DNA from: TPA_inf: Saccharomyces
Taxonomy: Eukaryota
Direction: 5' to 3'
DNA: 64,000 nt
Assembly (NCBI GenBank): GCA_000146045.2
Contig: BK006943.2
Span: 256,001 to 320,000, forward strand
The position numbers and the translations under genes were made by a program. Of this stretch, positions 21,801 to 33,226 are shown piece after piece. Within the stretch, counting starts at the first letter, position 1. Each line of letters begins with the position of its first letter. Under the pieces are notes generated by a model. The model saw nothing but the letters and a program-made list of their open reading frames with translations, was not told the DNA's origin and made no database searches.

Positions 21801-22002
21801 TTACCACTAGACAGCCCCGAAGAACAACCGAGGGATATTCCGTCTTCTGAGGGTCAAAGCCTTGGAGGAAAACAACTGGTTCAGCTAAATGAATAAAAAG
21901 CTGTAATGATGAACTTTGTGCCAAGGGTGTAGCATCGAGGGGGATATCAATATCCTTTTCCATGGGAAACAATGGAGATGAGATAGATTGGTCCATGGGC
22001 AT
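18862..22002 (-). CDS. ALY2: Arrestin-related trafficking adaptor (alpha-arrestin) with PY motifs for Rsp5. 1046 aa.
   Basis: N-terminal arrestin-fold region followed by a long low-complexity Ser/Asn-rich tail. A PPSY motif (DPPSYKD) is present. Length is 1046 aa. Confidence 0.88.
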   Translation of the reverse strand: MPMDQSISSPLFPMEKDIDIPLDATPLAQSSSLQLFIHLAEPVVFLQGFDPQKTEYPSVVLRGCLVVRILKPTKLKSISLSFKGYSRTEWPEGIPPKRQEFVEIKDIVDHTWALYPPTEQKSKKKMDASAPNESNNAANNFLTKESGASLYRTLSDNETITSRKNSISGLSSLNLSPLGAPGNSSVNVKDRESRQRSRSSSVTSSNGPSRNLSPINLLKRATSPSVSHHNYKPTTTSIFSDLLNNTFTHNDAASHHGHHIPTSSNHLAMTSNNFTSGSGGEFFVFQPGDYIYAFEELIPQAYPESIKADFGFVEYFLFASIERPGAFKSNISARQVVNIVRTQAHNSVEESEPIIISRDWENQLYYDIVIASKDIILDAFLPITFKFAPLDKVTLHRIRIYVTETMEYYCREKKVHRMEPTKKFLLTEQKGPKLPNLPNDANLSKAKNMGNLLQDPKNGDLVNKEYEYQIFIPSRFNNHQQLHPDTSYENIKANHWIKICLRLSRVVDNKRKHYEISIDSPIHVLHRLCSHANTLLPSYDGHPASFPKETDSSISSILESSDDNINLYHNSNIFFPKEVLSSPVLSPNVQPLDILIPHLPSTSLTRNSRQFNRNSKSHPSDNTIFNSAKLKSNIYQPESLQRELASPQAIPLSPITSPMSNMEVPPPDFDFSSDFISDAASGTTTTEVSSSESSILPRDPPSYKDTVLHDNNQKRRPNSKHPTPPSLKASHPNKNSDKNSSETLNKKESMSKIEENKHKRETTPKKRENRDVKSLSTPQREESKDSTSTGNQSNEKNRKRVLSLSSSLHSSPNNSGFAHSALGNLSNESLRSLNRRESVQDNLPSTIRHDNPFFTDLNQVLIEDELKNHDKNELNRHSTNTSSTPASARSSFDYSGINISKDKLNMEPLLSKTETLTNKVNEDSFLRPNDSYVDLLEPSVDTTIDITAPYARNSSAWHPLQNDNDNNQFSPLLGSNENFLNAANAQNSAESDHNNDIFTQGSGLTESSKNSDSEERFISRLSSPEKVLINTLDNESGLQSINESTL

Positions 22003-22840
22003 CTTGAAAAATGACTGATCTACAATGAGAAAGGCTGGAAAAAAAAAAAAGATGTTTCAACGTTAAAAAAATAAAGGACTAACGGTAATGAATAGCGAAG
22101 TCTACAGACTAATTTGCCCTTTTTAGTCTCTCTCAATACTCACAGACTGCTTGTAGCGTAATTAGTACCTATTCTTAAAAGACGAAAAGGAGAACTAGCC
22201 AAGTCTTTTTTTTTTCCCAAATTGGACCATATCGGATTAAATTTCTTTTTTCCGAAACTGCAAATCCTCCAGAGAATGTTTTAATAAAGGAAAACCAATG
22301 AAAGACATTTAGCAGAATAACAAAGCAAAAAGAAATGACAGTGAAGAGTGATAGGTGAAGGCGTTGAGAAATGAGAGTTGTTGCCATGGAGGAATGGGTA
22401 CTGAACCCTCTCACAGAGGCGTCACTAATTTAAAAAAGGAAAAAGGTGTTATATGTATTGGGGAAAGGAGCGATGAATTTTTGGGTGATGAATGAAACAG
22501 TGGGATGAGATGAACTACAGCAATATGGTTTGGTCTTAACGGCTGTCATGACAAACTATTGATCAGGGCCAGTATTTGTATCATTATTGTTATAATTGAG
22601 AATGAAGAAAGGTTAGCCGCTGAGAGAACCTTCTTCAAATTATGTTTTTTTTGCTTTTTTTCTTTTTGGGACGGCGCGCGATAGATGGCGCAAGGGAGTT
22701 GCTCTCCGTTCGACATCAATAAATTGGTTATAAAGTGACGTATTTGGTTCCTTTTTAGTAATTGATGAAGAGTGCGGGATGGCCTATACAAGGAAGAGTC
22801 GATTTAGTGCCGGAGAATACACGCCCTGACGTTTGTATAA

Positions 22841-24655
22841 ATGCATTTCCCCAAAAAAAAGCATTCCGGAAATCTCTCCGTGGTGGAATTGCCGAAGGAA
22901 GCTCTCCAAGATTCTTTAACTGCTGCTCAGATTACTTTCAAGAGATATGCCCACCCCAATGGCAATGCCGGTAGCGCAGAGAGGCCGAGACATCTAAAGG
23001 TGGAATCTGCGCCTGTCGTGAAATCTGAGCCTTCTTTGCCGAGGATGAGACAACCGGAACCGAGAAGTATAAATCATCAATACTCTAGGGAAACGCTTCC
23101 AGGCCATTCTGAAGCCTTTTCCGTACCGACGACTCCTCTGCAGACAATCCATTATGATGTAAGGAATAAAGCGTCAAATTCGCCAAGTAGTATAGCAGCT
23201 GCAGAGACAGCTGCATACCTAGCCCACACAAATTCATTTAGTAACAGATCATCCGGTGTCGGCAGCCGGGATCCAGTTATGGATACTGAAACAAAACCGC
23301 CACGTGCTCCTTCAGCCTTGAAAAATGAGCTGCAATTGAACAGAATGAGGATACCTCCGCCGTCATATGATAATAATGTTCGTTCACGATCTATTTCGCC
23401 ACAAGTATCCTACTCTACCTCGCTGTCATCATCGTGTTCCATAAGTTCCGATGGAGAAGAAACTTCTTATAGAGAAAAAAGCACCGATGAGGCATTTCCT
23501 CCTGAACCTTCCATGTCTTCTTATAGTCTTGCGTCCAAAGCCTCAGCAAAGGCTTCTCTAACGGACCCCTCACAGCGGCAGCAAGAGTCAGACTATACGG
23601 CAATGAATAAACTCAATGGAGGAAATATAATATATAAAGGCACTTTACCCGACCTAATACCGCGAAGCCAAAGGAAGACAAGTAAACCCAGGTTCAAGCA
23701 CAGGCTTTTACGATCACCTGAGCAGCAGCAAGAAAACTTATCACGTGTGTATTCGGACCAAACGCAGAATGGTAGGGCAATCATAAACACGCAGCAAAAT
23801 GTAAAGTTAAAGACAACTATGAGGCGCGGGAAGTACGCAATTACAGACAATGATGAAACTTTTCCCTACGACAGAAAGTCTGTATCATCAGACTCAGACA
23901 CAGATGAAGATTCTAATGTGATGGAAATCAAGGACAAGAAGAAGAAAAGTCGTCGCTCTAAGATAAAGAAGGGGTTGAAAACAACAGCAGCTGTAGTTGG
24001 GAGTAGTACCTCTGTCCTTCCGTTCCCTCATCACCATCATCATCACCATCAGCTCCATAACCCGAATTCTCATCACTTACACACGCACCATCATACAAGT
24101 TCTCACAAATTCAATGAAGATAAACCGTGGAAATCTCATAGAGATCTCGGGTTTATTACCGAACAAGAAAGAAAAAGATACGAGTCTATGTGGGTATCAA
24201 ACAGATACTCGTATTTGCGCTTGCTGCCGTGGTGGCCCTCTCTCGCGAATGAAGACGACGAGTCTCACTTACAGCCCTTAAATTTACCGCAAGACGGCCT
24301 GATGCTTAACTTAGTCGTAAAAGATATATGGTATCGATCAAACCTACCCAGGGATCTTCTAGTGCAAATATACAATATGGTCGACACAAGAAAAGACGGT
24401 ACCTTAGACAGAAAATCGTTTATAGTGGGCATGTGGCTGGTTGATCAATGTCTCTATGGCCGAAAGCTAACGAATGAGCTGGACCAGAGAGTTTGGAATA
24501 GCGTTGACGGCTATGTTCTCGGTACAATTAACGTGAAGCCTGCCACTTCCGATCACTATCACAACGCTAATAACCCTCTAGATAAGCCATCAAAGCTTTC
24601 AGTCCGACAGGAATTGAAAAACATCAAACGCGATCTCAGAAATGTCAGAATATGA
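22841..24655 (+). CDS. TAX4: EH-domain protein Tax4, a PI(4,5)P2-phosphatase regulator. 604 aa.
   Basis: C-terminal EH/EF-hand-like region (YNMVDTRKDGTLDRKSFIVGMWLVDQ). Internal His tract HHHHHHHQLHNPNSHHLHTHHH. Length is 604 aa. Confidence 0.85.
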   Translation: MHFPKKKHSGNLSVVELPKEALQDSLTAAQITFKRYAHPNGNAGSAERPRHLKVESAPVVKSEPSLPRMRQPEPRSINHQYSRETLPGHSEAFSVPTTPLQTIHYDVRNKASNSPSSIAAAETAAYLAHTNSFSNRSSGVGSRDPVMDTETKPPRAPSALKNELQLNRMRIPPPSYDNNVRSRSISPQVSYSTSLSSSCSISSDGEETSYREKSTDEAFPPEPSMSSYSLASKASAKASLTDPSQRQQESDYTAMNKLNGGNIIYKGTLPDLIPRSQRKTSKPRFKHRLLRSPEQQQENLSRVYSDQTQNGRAIINTQQNVKLKTTMRRGKYAITDNDETFPYDRKSVSSDSDTDEDSNVMEIKDKKKKSRRSKIKKGLKTTAAVVGSSTSVLPFPHHHHHHHQLHNPNSHHLHTHHHTSSHKFNEDKPWKSHRDLGFITEQERKRYESMWVSNRYSYLRLLPWWPSLANEDDESHLQPLNLPQDGLMLNLVVKDIWYRSNLPRDLLVQIYNMVDTRKDGTLDRKSFIVGMWLVDQCLYGRKLTNELDQRVWNSVDGYVLGTINVKPATSDHYHNANNPLDKPSKLSVRQELKNIKRDLRNVRI

Positions 24656-24770
24656 TGCCTGGCATTATTTGCAGAAGTTCTCTTCCTGTGTTAATAATGA
24701 ATGACGATGAGTTAACAATGACCCTTATGTATACAACGAAAGGACGAATGAAAGAAATGAAAATATTATC

Positions 24771-24785
24771 TTTTTTTTTTTTTTT
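24771..24785. repeat. Poly(dT) tract of 15 T in the TAX4-IML2 intergenic region.
   Basis: Homopolymer run read directly. Confidence 0.95.
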
Positions 24786-25184
24786 CTCAATTTTCCTTCA
24801 CTTTTAGAAGTTTTTCCGTTCCGCGGATTTTGTTCGTCGGACCTTTTGCTTTATTTGTCTCCAGATCTCTCGAGCATAATGGTCGTTTTTCATTTCATGC
24901 TTATAGTCTTTGTCTTTCCAGCGGTACCCCCACCCCCTATCTTGGGCTATTTTCTAATTTCGTCCCTCGGATTATTTAATTCATATTCTCCCCACCTTTG
25001 TATTACTAAATTTATTTTCCAATGCTCTTTTCACTCATTCTTCCTTTTGCATATTTCTATCAGTATATATAGCGAATTGTATATATAAGCGTCTTGTTAC
25101 CGGTATAGGAATTACCTGATAGAAAGAAATAGAACATAATAGGAGGAAGGGCAAACAGTGCGCCAAAACGAAAGATAGTAGAAG

Positions 25185-27380
25185 ATGTTTAGAGTATTTG
25201 GTTCATTTGGATCAAAGGGTAATCAATCTTCTGGTGAAGAGCAATCAACAAAGACAAAACAGGTTCTGAAGCAGGCTAATGACTTTGAGATCGCCTTAAA
25301 GGCAATGGATTTTGTCCTTGATGATAGAACGGATGAAGGGTTGAATTTGCTGAAAAAAGCTGAAATGGAAACTGGTTCAGATCAAACTATCTTGACTTTG
25401 GCAAGAGGTGTTATTGAATTTCTTCAAGCCACTTTGAGTTTTGAAACTGAAGAAATGAAAAGAGCTGCAATTACTTTAGGCAAAGCTGAGCAAATGTCCT
25501 GGAAAAGTAAGCAAAATGCTGAAAAGACCAATTTTAGGAGCAGTTCAATATATCCTCCCGGTACTGTCTATGCTGTAACATATACTGAGTCATGTCTGTT
25601 GCATGCCTTGTTGATGTTATTTAGTGAAAGCATGATGGAAGCAGCCAAGGCTTTGCTAAAGTTAAGGAGGGCTTATACAATGTTACAAGATATCATGGTT
25701 ACTGTCAAAAAAGCTGAACGATCGAAAAATTCGAGCTCTCCCTCTCCAAGCGAAAAGAGCCAAGAGTCATGCGGAAGTTTTGTTTCTGCAGAGACAACTT
25801 TCATATCGGTTGATATACCATACAAATTGTCTTCCGAGGACAAGTCCAATCCACTCCTATTGGAATTTGCTGAAAAAATCTACACGATGAGAATGGGAAG
25901 GTTATCAGGTGCCCATATTGGCAATACTCCATCTTTTCATAGGTTAAGGGATGATTTGGGTTTACAGACGACTCCGTCTCAAGCTTCCGACCGCCATTCT
26001 GTTTCAGATGATTTCGATTTAGAACAGGCTACCATCGACGAATTCATCCATTCAGGTGCTAATTTATGCTATGGTATCTTGCAAGTCGTCTTATCCTTAC
26101 TTCCACCTGCAATCGGTGCTGTGCTATCTATTGTTGGATTCAAGGGATCCCGTGAAGAAGGTTTGAGGCTAGTTTGGAAGGCTACAAAGGAGAGAAATGT
26201 TCACGGGTGTATAGGTTTGTTAGGTCTGATGTTTTATTACGACGGTCCTTTCCAATTTACAGATGCTGACTTTGATATACCACCAAACGATAATGGATCG
26301 AGGGCTTTAAACAAAAGCAGAACAAACGATAGTAGCCTTTTACCAGGTTATATGGACAGTGCAACCTTATTGCATCCTGGAAAAATTCTGGAGGACGCAT
26401 TACTAAAAGCAAGAGCACTTTTTCCTAATAGTGCCCTGTGGCTGCTAAATGAGGCCAAAATGCTTGCTGGAAAGGGCAGGCTTCGTGATTCTCTGGCCCT
26501 AATGGACTCTATTGATGTCAATAGTATCCGTATGAGACAAGTGAAATCGTTGATGGTGTTTGAACGTGCGATCCTTTTAGTCAACTTACACGAATACAAC
26601 AGAGCTGCCGATGATTTAATAAGTTTGCTTGATATTAGTGATTGGTCTCACGCATTGTACACTTATTTTGCGGGTTGCTGTTACTTGGAAAATTGGAGGA
26701 TGACACAATTAGGCTTATTAAATGACGGTAAAGAACAATTCTATAAAGAGCGGGCTCGAGAACTCATATTTGACGCTCCATCTTTGTTAGGTAAGAAAAC
26801 GTTCAAATCCAAAAATCTTCCATTGGATAGATTCATGCTTAGAAAAGTTCAACAATTTAATAATATGCAGAAGAAATTAAACCTACAAGAACCACTAGAC
26901 TCAATAGCAACATCACCTGTCCATGAACTGGCTTATTTCTACAACGGTTACAACAGGATGACTGAAAACGATTTAATTTTGACCAAAAAGATGTTGACAG
27001 AGTATCACAACCCCGCCATTGATTCGGAAGACCCAGATCAAGAGCTGATCAGAAACTTACTACTATCCTTGACCTTAAGAAGATTGGGGGATGCTGAAAG
27101 AGGTTTAGCCTTGTTAGATGACATTGTTCTGCCAAAAATATTCTACATTCAAAATGGCAAAGTCAAATATTTCAAAAAAACCGAAGACCCATGGGCATAT
27201 CCAGCCGCTCTTTATGAGAGAGCTTTATTCTGTTGGAAACTGGGTGGCATGGAAAGTTTGAATGAATGTAGGGAATGGCTGCTAAGAGCCCAAAATTATG
27301 CCGCCGATTACGAATTGAGTACGCGTATCGGTATGAAGATCAAAGCCGCCCTTGATAGAGTTGAAAACGCGCTTGCTTAA
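25185..27380 (+). CDS. IML2: Iml2, a TPR-like protein implicated in inclusion-body clearance and minichromosome loss. 731 aa.
   Basis: Length is 731 aa and the N-terminus is [20 protein letters not shown]. Position fits YJL082W. Confidence 0.85.
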   Translation: MFRVFGSFGSKGNQSSGEEQSTKTKQVLKQANDFEIALKAMDFVLDDRTDEGLNLLKKAEMETGSDQTILTLARGVIEFLQATLSFETEEMKRAAITLGKAEQMSWKSKQNAEKTNFRSSSIYPPGTVYAVTYTESCLLHALLMLFSESMMEAAKALLKLRRAYTMLQDIMVTVKKAERSKNSSSPSPSEKSQESCGSFVSAETTFISVDIPYKLSSEDKSNPLLLEFAEKIYTMRMGRLSGAHIGNTPSFHRLRDDLGLQTTPSQASDRHSVSDDFDLEQATIDEFIHSGANLCYGILQVVLSLLPPAIGAVLSIVGFKGSREEGLRLVWKATKERNVHGCIGLLGLMFYYDGPFQFTDADFDIPPNDNGSRALNKSRTNDSSLLPGYMDSATLLHPGKILEDALLKARALFPNSALWLLNEAKMLAGKGRLRDSLALMDSIDVNSIRMRQVKSLMVFERAILLVNLHEYNRAADDLISLLDISDWSHALYTYFAGCCYLENWRMTQLGLLNDGKEQFYKERARELIFDAPSLLGKKTFKSKNLPLDRFMLRKVQQFNNMQKKLNLQEPLDSIATSPVHELAYFYNGYNRMTENDLILTKKMLTEYHNPAIDSEDPDQELIRNLLLSLTLRRLGDAERGLALLDDIVLPKIFYIQNGKVKYFKKTEDPWAYPAALYERALFCWKLGGMESLNECREWLLRAQNYAADYELSTRIGMKIKAALDRVENALA

Positions 27381-27801
27381 CCTTTTGCTTCTTCCGCCCC
27401 AACATTTTAGAAGTATGCATTTTTTTTTTTCTTTCGACTACTTACCTTCCCTTGCTAGCAGTTATTACAACCATCATTTTTTCGTGACGTTTCATAGTTT
27501 TTTTATATTTTTACGCAATGGGTTTCCCGAGTAGTTAGTTCTACGGTGTCGATATATATAGTGTTATGATTTTAAAAATGAACATATTTAAATTTTTGAA
27601 CCTCCTTCTTAGTTATAGGCCAAGTTCATTACTCCCTAGGAAACAAAACCGGTCCATCGTAGAAATTTTTTTTATTTTACAAAAGGGTTATAGTAGAATC
27701 AAGACAATTTATTTATCACTGAGATATTGATCGAGTAGATGAATGGTCGCTCAAACTGCTAAACTGAAAGGCGACTTGTCATTCAACAACGTTTTCTATT
27801 C

Positions 27802-29271
27802 CTATCTAAACCTATCGTTAAGCAATCTTTCGACGCCCACCTCTTCGTATTCCTTTTTCCCAACCCACAGTTGGTGAAATGTTCCCAGACTTGTAAGTAT
27901 ACTACCGCCAAGCCATGACTGGTATTGCCTTTCGATAGTGTGCCCTGTTGTTAATATTCTAAATTTAAGGGATGGTAGTATTTTGTTTAGTTCTGTCATT
28001 AACCTATCACTTAATCCAGGAATAGAGGATGTACCGCCTGTAAGGACAACATTATGAGCTAGTGTCGCTCTTAGATCCACATCACTGCTCATTATAGACG
28101 AATAAACAAGATCCGCTAGACCAATCAATTCATTATTTTCTTTAGGAGGCTTTTCTTCTTCTAACGGTCTCTTACCGGTTTCATTTGGAGTGTCTGCACT
28201 ATTTGCAGCCGGAGAAGTAGATTTGCTTACAGCTTCCTGTTCCTTTTCTTCAGTTGGTGTAACTTTCTTGTCTGATTTGTTCACTCCGCTTGGCTTGGTT
28301 CTTTTTAGCGGCACGTAATCATTCCGCCAAGTTTTCACAACTCCAGAGTTCGAGCGAGGCCAATTTGCTGGGATGTCATCTTCTTTTGGAAGGAAAAGCT
28401 CTTCAGCAAAGCCGTAACGAGTTTCGTTGTCAAAAACAATCTCCTCATTCCAAGGACTTTCAATAGATCTTTTAGCCGTAGAACTTAATTCTGTTTTCGT
28501 TTCTTCCAAAGTTTTTGTTGGGCATATATGACAAAGTGTTTCTTTGCACTCTTGAAAGAACCCTCGGTTATTGGCGTAATCATACAGCGATTTATCAACC
28601 TCATAGTCGAATGTTTTTTTTATAAACTCTGGTTTTCTTTGCTTGATTGCGAAAAGTGGTATGATTTCTTTGGGTTCCAATGCCTTTTTAATCAAGTGAT
28701 TGATAAATTTCCCAGCAATAAAATTTCTTCTTGTACTCTTTGATAATGTCATACCATCCACTATTGGACTGACGCTGCAAGTATCATGTCCAATATCAAC
28801 AACCAAACAATTGGGTCTACCTGCTGCAAAAGAAACGCATGTCGATGTGGGTGCTAAGTAACAGGCTTCAAATTGCATGCCTTCTAAGAGCACTTCTAAA
28901 GATTTTTTCCTGTTTTCTGTGCTATTCCAAACGGGCTCAGTTAACAGAGCTGGTATTCCGGAGTTGGAATTCAAATAGAGTTCGTTCTGCAATGCCCATT
29001 GCCACTGTTCTTGTGCGGTATCCCAGTCTATGACTAGACCGTTCTCGATAATAGGTTTCAGTTCATAATCTTTTCTTGGAATTCCAATTGATTGTTCAGA
29101 AAATATTTTCTTATTGCCTTCATCTGCAGTGTATTTACCGTAAACAGAGGGCAGAATTGATTGAGGGAAGTCAGAACCCGAATAGCCAATATTTGTTGTG
29201 TATGAGCCAGGATCAATGACTACTGCGGAAACTTCGTCGCCGCCATAAACTTGCAAAGCAGCATTGGACAT
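27802..29271 (-). CDS. ARP4: Actin-related protein Arp4, a subunit of NuA4, INO80 and SWR1. 489 aa.
   Basis: Actin fold with N-terminal phosphate-1 loop (VVIDPGSYTTNIGYSG). I start at Met6 of the track ORF (MSNAALQVYGG...), giving 489 aa. Confidence 0.88.
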   Translation of the reverse strand: MSNAALQVYGGDEVSAVVIDPGSYTTNIGYSGSDFPQSILPSVYGKYTADEGNKKIFSEQSIGIPRKDYELKPIIENGLVIDWDTAQEQWQWALQNELYLNSNSGIPALLTEPVWNSTENRKKSLEVLLEGMQFEACYLAPTSTCVSFAAGRPNCLVVDIGHDTCSVSPIVDGMTLSKSTRRNFIAGKFINHLIKKALEPKEIIPLFAIKQRKPEFIKKTFDYEVDKSLYDYANNRGFFQECKETLCHICPTKTLEETKTELSSTAKRSIESPWNEEIVFDNETRYGFAEELFLPKEDDIPANWPRSNSGVVKTWRNDYVPLKRTKPSGVNKSDKKVTPTEEKEQEAVSKSTSPAANSADTPNETGKRPLEEEKPPKENNELIGLADLVYSSIMSSDVDLRATLAHNVVLTGGTSSIPGLSDRLMTELNKILPSLKFRILTTGHTIERQYQSWLGGSILTSLGTFHQLWVGKKEYEEVGVERLLNDRFR

Positions 29272-29557
29272 AGTTATGCTTTTCACCGCCTTATAACGAA
29301 GACTCTTTTTTTGCCTAAAATCCTTGGTTTTCTGTACATCTTGTTTTCTTTTTTTTCTTCTCGCTGTTTCGTCGTCTTCTCCATTTCTTATGTTCGTGTT
29401 ACTTCAACTTCAAAATAGCTTTAAATGGGAACTTTTCAAAGAAAAACTAATGTAATCTAACTATTTTAAAAACGTACACATCGTAGATATTAATGGATTA
29501 TATAAGTAAGTAAAAGCCAAAATCTATATTGAAAAAAATTGGTTTCAAAGAGCTTGT

Positions 29558-32500
29558 CTATCTTCTTAAGGATTTCAAAACCATTTCACCGGCCTTTTCG
29601 ACACCAGCTTTGGTACCTCTAATGTACACAACATCATTGACTTTGTCAGACTTCCTTGGGACGTTGATGATAACGTCGGCCGCTTCTCTAATCTTTTTGA
29701 TGTTAGAACCACCTGGGCCAACAATCATATTGAATCTTCTGGTATCAGCACCCCAGACGTAACCGGCATATGTAGCAGATGGTGCCTTGGCAATTCTTTC
29801 TTTAATCAACTTAACAGCAGTATCGAGAGCTTCTTCCTTCTTAGCGGAATCGTTTGAAGTGTCCTTTGTGACTTCCTTTTCTTCACCGTCAGAGAGAATG
29901 CTACTCAAATCAATTGGTTCATATGTCAACCTCATGGTAATATCACCTTCCTCGGAAGAAGTTGGTGCACCGACTTCTTCGATGGTAAATTTAGTCTTTT
30001 CTGCATTTTCGCCTTCGGTAGATCCACAGACTTTCTCTAGAGGAATTTCGATTGGAGCACGAGCTAATTTGTTAGCCTTCTTTGAGGTGTTACCAAATCT
30101 TACATTGACGGATAAATCCATTCTCAACTTTTGTATGAAAGCACCACGTTCTGAAACATATTCATAAATGGAGGCAGGAACATCGACTTCTCGGTCAAAA
30201 TTTTCCCTGATTATTTCATTCAAGATTTTCTTCTCAGCTTTCTCGACATTTTCTGGTGCACCGGTAATAGTTATTTTGCCGCTAGGGTCATCCTTATTAG
30301 GAACGAATAAGTTAATGTTAAATTCGGATTCTAGTTGACGACGAACAATCCCACCAGGGCCAATCAAAGCACCCTTTCTTTCTGCTGGAATATCAATGGT
30401 CTTAGTAACACTATTTTCAGCATCCTTGACAATCTTGTTAATTTCCTCGACAACCTTTTTGACAAACTTTTGAGGACCTTGTACGGTAATGTCTTTATTT
30501 TCGGAGTCTGCGTTAGGAATATCAACAGACTTATTTCTAATTTCTTCACCACCAGCCTTGGAGATAATTTCTCTTAAAATATGACCACCGCTACCAACAA
30601 TTGACTTATGGTATTTGTGATCAATTTTCAAGACTTCAGTGACAAAATCGGAGGCTTCGGCAACAATGGATTCCACACGTTTGGCGGCATCTTTTATGTT
30701 TTGTCTAGAACCAGTGATCTCCAGTTCAACCTCACCAGTTTCCTGAGCCTTTGGATCGGTGCTCTTTTGTAAGAAATCCATCTCAACACCGTATTCAGCT
30801 CTGATGTCGTTGATATTGTCACCATTCTTACCGATAATTCTTGGGACGTGCTCAGCTGGAACATTAATAACCATCTTATGTCCGTTCTCCATTTCAAAAT
30901 CTAACAGAGCTTTCAATTCTTCATGAGCTTTATTGACACCACGAGAAGGGCCTCTAATGGTGACAATTTCATTGTCTCTTGGGAAGTTAATGAAGACATT
31001 GTATTTTTCCTGCAAACGGTTACGATAAGTACCGTGTGGACCAATCAGACTACCATGAAACTTAACTGGAACAATTAGTTCCTTTGTGATGATATCAGCC
31101 CATTTTTTGGCTTCGGCAGCCAAATATTTCTTGGCATGAGTCAAGTTGTATTCTAAACCAGTCAAAGTAACTTCGACAGTCTTATCTTTCGAAGCATTAT
31201 TGTTCTCTTCGTTTGGAATATCAATTTGGCAGGCAAACTTCTCACGAATTTGTTGTAGGTTGGAGCCCTTGTTACCAATTAATCTGGCAACTGAGTTGGC
31301 TGGAATATTAACAGTCATTTTGCTTTTGCTCGATGGAGAATTCAAAATAGATTCAAAAATTTTGTTAGCAGCTTTGGCAGCTTTTTCATCACCTCTAACA
31401 GTTAACTGATTTTCTTCAGGGGTATGTAGTTTAATTTGAAGGTGGCCTTCTTGTTCAGAAATGTCCTCCATAATCAATTTCCATGTAGCGGAAGATGGTT
31501 TAAACAATGAGTCTTGAACCTCCTCGGAAAATTCGTAAGTTTTAGTCTCCATGTTGTTTTGTTTAGTACGTAGAGAGTTTAATGACTCATTGGCCTTGTT
31601 CAAAGATGCTTGAATCTCTTCAATAGATGGCTTGAAATCTTCATCTTCAGTTAAAGCAACAAGTAAAATACTGTTATCATTTGGATAATAATCACCGAAT
31701 TGAACAAAGGCAACGCTGCTTTCGGAAGCTAATAAACAATGTTTAATAGACCCGCCGAACAACTCGTAATCCAAATCTGTGATAACCAGGGTTTCGGAAG
31801 GTGGAATATTGTTCACAAAAGAAATCAATTCTTTACGAACGGCCTTGATATCGTTTGCCTCATCAGATTTTGCGCTGATGTGGATGGTAACAGTTTCAGC
31901 TGTTGGCAATGACTGTATGGATGGTAAAGATATTTTAACATTAGGATGAGATTCTTCAAGACCCTTTAAAACGGAGTACTTGGTGAAATACATGATTAGA
32001 TTTTTGGCATGGGTCAGATTCTTACTATGAGCCTTGGAAATATCTAAAGATTCAACCACATAGCTCTTTGAAGACGATCTGGCATAGGTGATAGCTTCAC
32101 CAACCTTATCGCGCAAACCGACAAATGACACAAGCTCATCATCAGGAGTTGATGGGAAAGTGACAATGACATTGTATTTTTCTTTTAGTTCTTCTGCATC
32201 AATCAAAAACTGGAACTTGGATGGAATCTTGACCTTTTCTTCGTCCAAATTAGAAGCTAATTTTTTCAAATAATCTTGAATAGATGTCTTCGTGGCTTTT
32301 GCTTTTTCACGAGGACCCAATATGACAATATCACCCGATTTTTTATAGAATTGGACTTTGACCTCTTCATCACCCTCATCGGAGGCAAACTCGGAAACAT
32401 CAATGTATGGTAGGTATTTTTCATCTTCAACGACTAATTTGATTGTGGCATTCTTGGTTTCTTCCTTAACAATGGCCAAGATTTTAGCCTTAGCCAAGTT

Positions 32501-33226
32501 GACCGATTCAAAATCACCAAATAAAGAAACGTTACTTGTAGTATCATCCATGTCTTCATCATATGAGTTTTCATTGACTTCCTTTGAGACATTGATTTTA
32601 ACTTCGTAGGCATCACTAATTTCACGAATAGTTCTACCACCTGAACCGATAATACTGGCTTTACATTTGGATGGGACCTCGATGACAGCATTGATTGGTT
32701 TTGTTAATTTCTTCACTAACTCTCTCTTTGCTTCATGAACGTTAGCAGCTACACCAGAAACCAAAAAGGTACGAGCATTCTTAGAAAGAGTTGATTCAAC
32801 AGAAACATCATGATTTTTCTTAACAGATTGGACAATACGAGATAATTCAGGTTTGGTGATTGACAACTGAGATTGCAGGTCCAAAGTGAAAGCCTCTTGG
32901 ATGTTCTTTGAACGCATCCTCTTGGCCCCAAGGCCAGTAGTCAATGAAGGAGCAGAAGGGGAAGGTGATGGCGAGTTAGAGACAGCAGGTTTCATGTTTG
33001 GGCCCCAGCTAACCTTAACGTTCGCGAAGGCAGCATTTGAACCCAAAGAAGGAAGATCCTTCAAAGATGGCAATGGAGTTGGCTTTTTCTCCAACTGAGG
33101 ATGTTCTTCAGCGGTAGCAGCAATAGTGGAGGCAGTAGTACTTGGCGAATCAATGGTAGTTACGGTTTCAACAGATCCTTCGACAGTGGAAGGGGGAGAG
33201 TCAATAGCGGTTTGTTCTTCAGACAT
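29558..33226 (-). CDS. SCP160: Scp160 multi-KH-domain RNA-binding protein. 1222 aa.
   Basis: About 14 tandem KH modules are visible as recurring ..IIGxxGxxIxxI.. (GXXG loop) units along the protein. Length is 1222 aa. Confidence 0.95.
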   Translation of the reverse strand: MSEEQTAIDSPPSTVEGSVETVTTIDSPSTTASTIAATAEEHPQLEKKPTPLPSLKDLPSLGSNAAFANVKVSWGPNMKPAVSNSPSPSPSAPSLTTGLGAKRMRSKNIQEAFTLDLQSQLSITKPELSRIVQSVKKNHDVSVESTLSKNARTFLVSGVAANVHEAKRELVKKLTKPINAVIEVPSKCKASIIGSGGRTIREISDAYEVKINVSKEVNENSYDEDMDDTTSNVSLFGDFESVNLAKAKILAIVKEETKNATIKLVVEDEKYLPYIDVSEFASDEGDEEVKVQFYKKSGDIVILGPREKAKATKTSIQDYLKKLASNLDEEKVKIPSKFQFLIDAEELKEKYNVIVTFPSTPDDELVSFVGLRDKVGEAITYARSSSKSYVVESLDISKAHSKNLTHAKNLIMYFTKYSVLKGLEESHPNVKISLPSIQSLPTAETVTIHISAKSDEANDIKAVRKELISFVNNIPPSETLVITDLDYELFGGSIKHCLLASESSVAFVQFGDYYPNDNSILLVALTEDEDFKPSIEEIQASLNKANESLNSLRTKQNNMETKTYEFSEEVQDSLFKPSSATWKLIMEDISEQEGHLQIKLHTPEENQLTVRGDEKAAKAANKIFESILNSPSSKSKMTVNIPANSVARLIGNKGSNLQQIREKFACQIDIPNEENNNASKDKTVEVTLTGLEYNLTHAKKYLAAEAKKWADIITKELIVPVKFHGSLIGPHGTYRNRLQEKYNVFINFPRDNEIVTIRGPSRGVNKAHEELKALLDFEMENGHKMVINVPAEHVPRIIGKNGDNINDIRAEYGVEMDFLQKSTDPKAQETGEVELEITGSRQNIKDAAKRVESIVAEASDFVTEVLKIDHKYHKSIVGSGGHILREIISKAGGEEIRNKSVDIPNADSENKDITVQGPQKFVKKVVEEINKIVKDAENSVTKTIDIPAERKGALIGPGGIVRRQLESEFNINLFVPNKDDPSGKITITGAPENVEKAEKKILNEIIRENFDREVDVPASIYEYVSERGAFIQKLRMDLSVNVRFGNTSKKANKLARAPIEIPLEKVCGSTEGENAEKTKFTIEEVGAPTSSEEGDITMRLTYEPIDLSSILSDGEEKEVTKDTSNDSAKKEEALDTAVKLIKERIAKAPSATYAGYVWGADTRRFNMIVGPGGSNIKKIREAADVIINVPRKSDKVNDVVYIRGTKAGVEKAGEMVLKSLRR

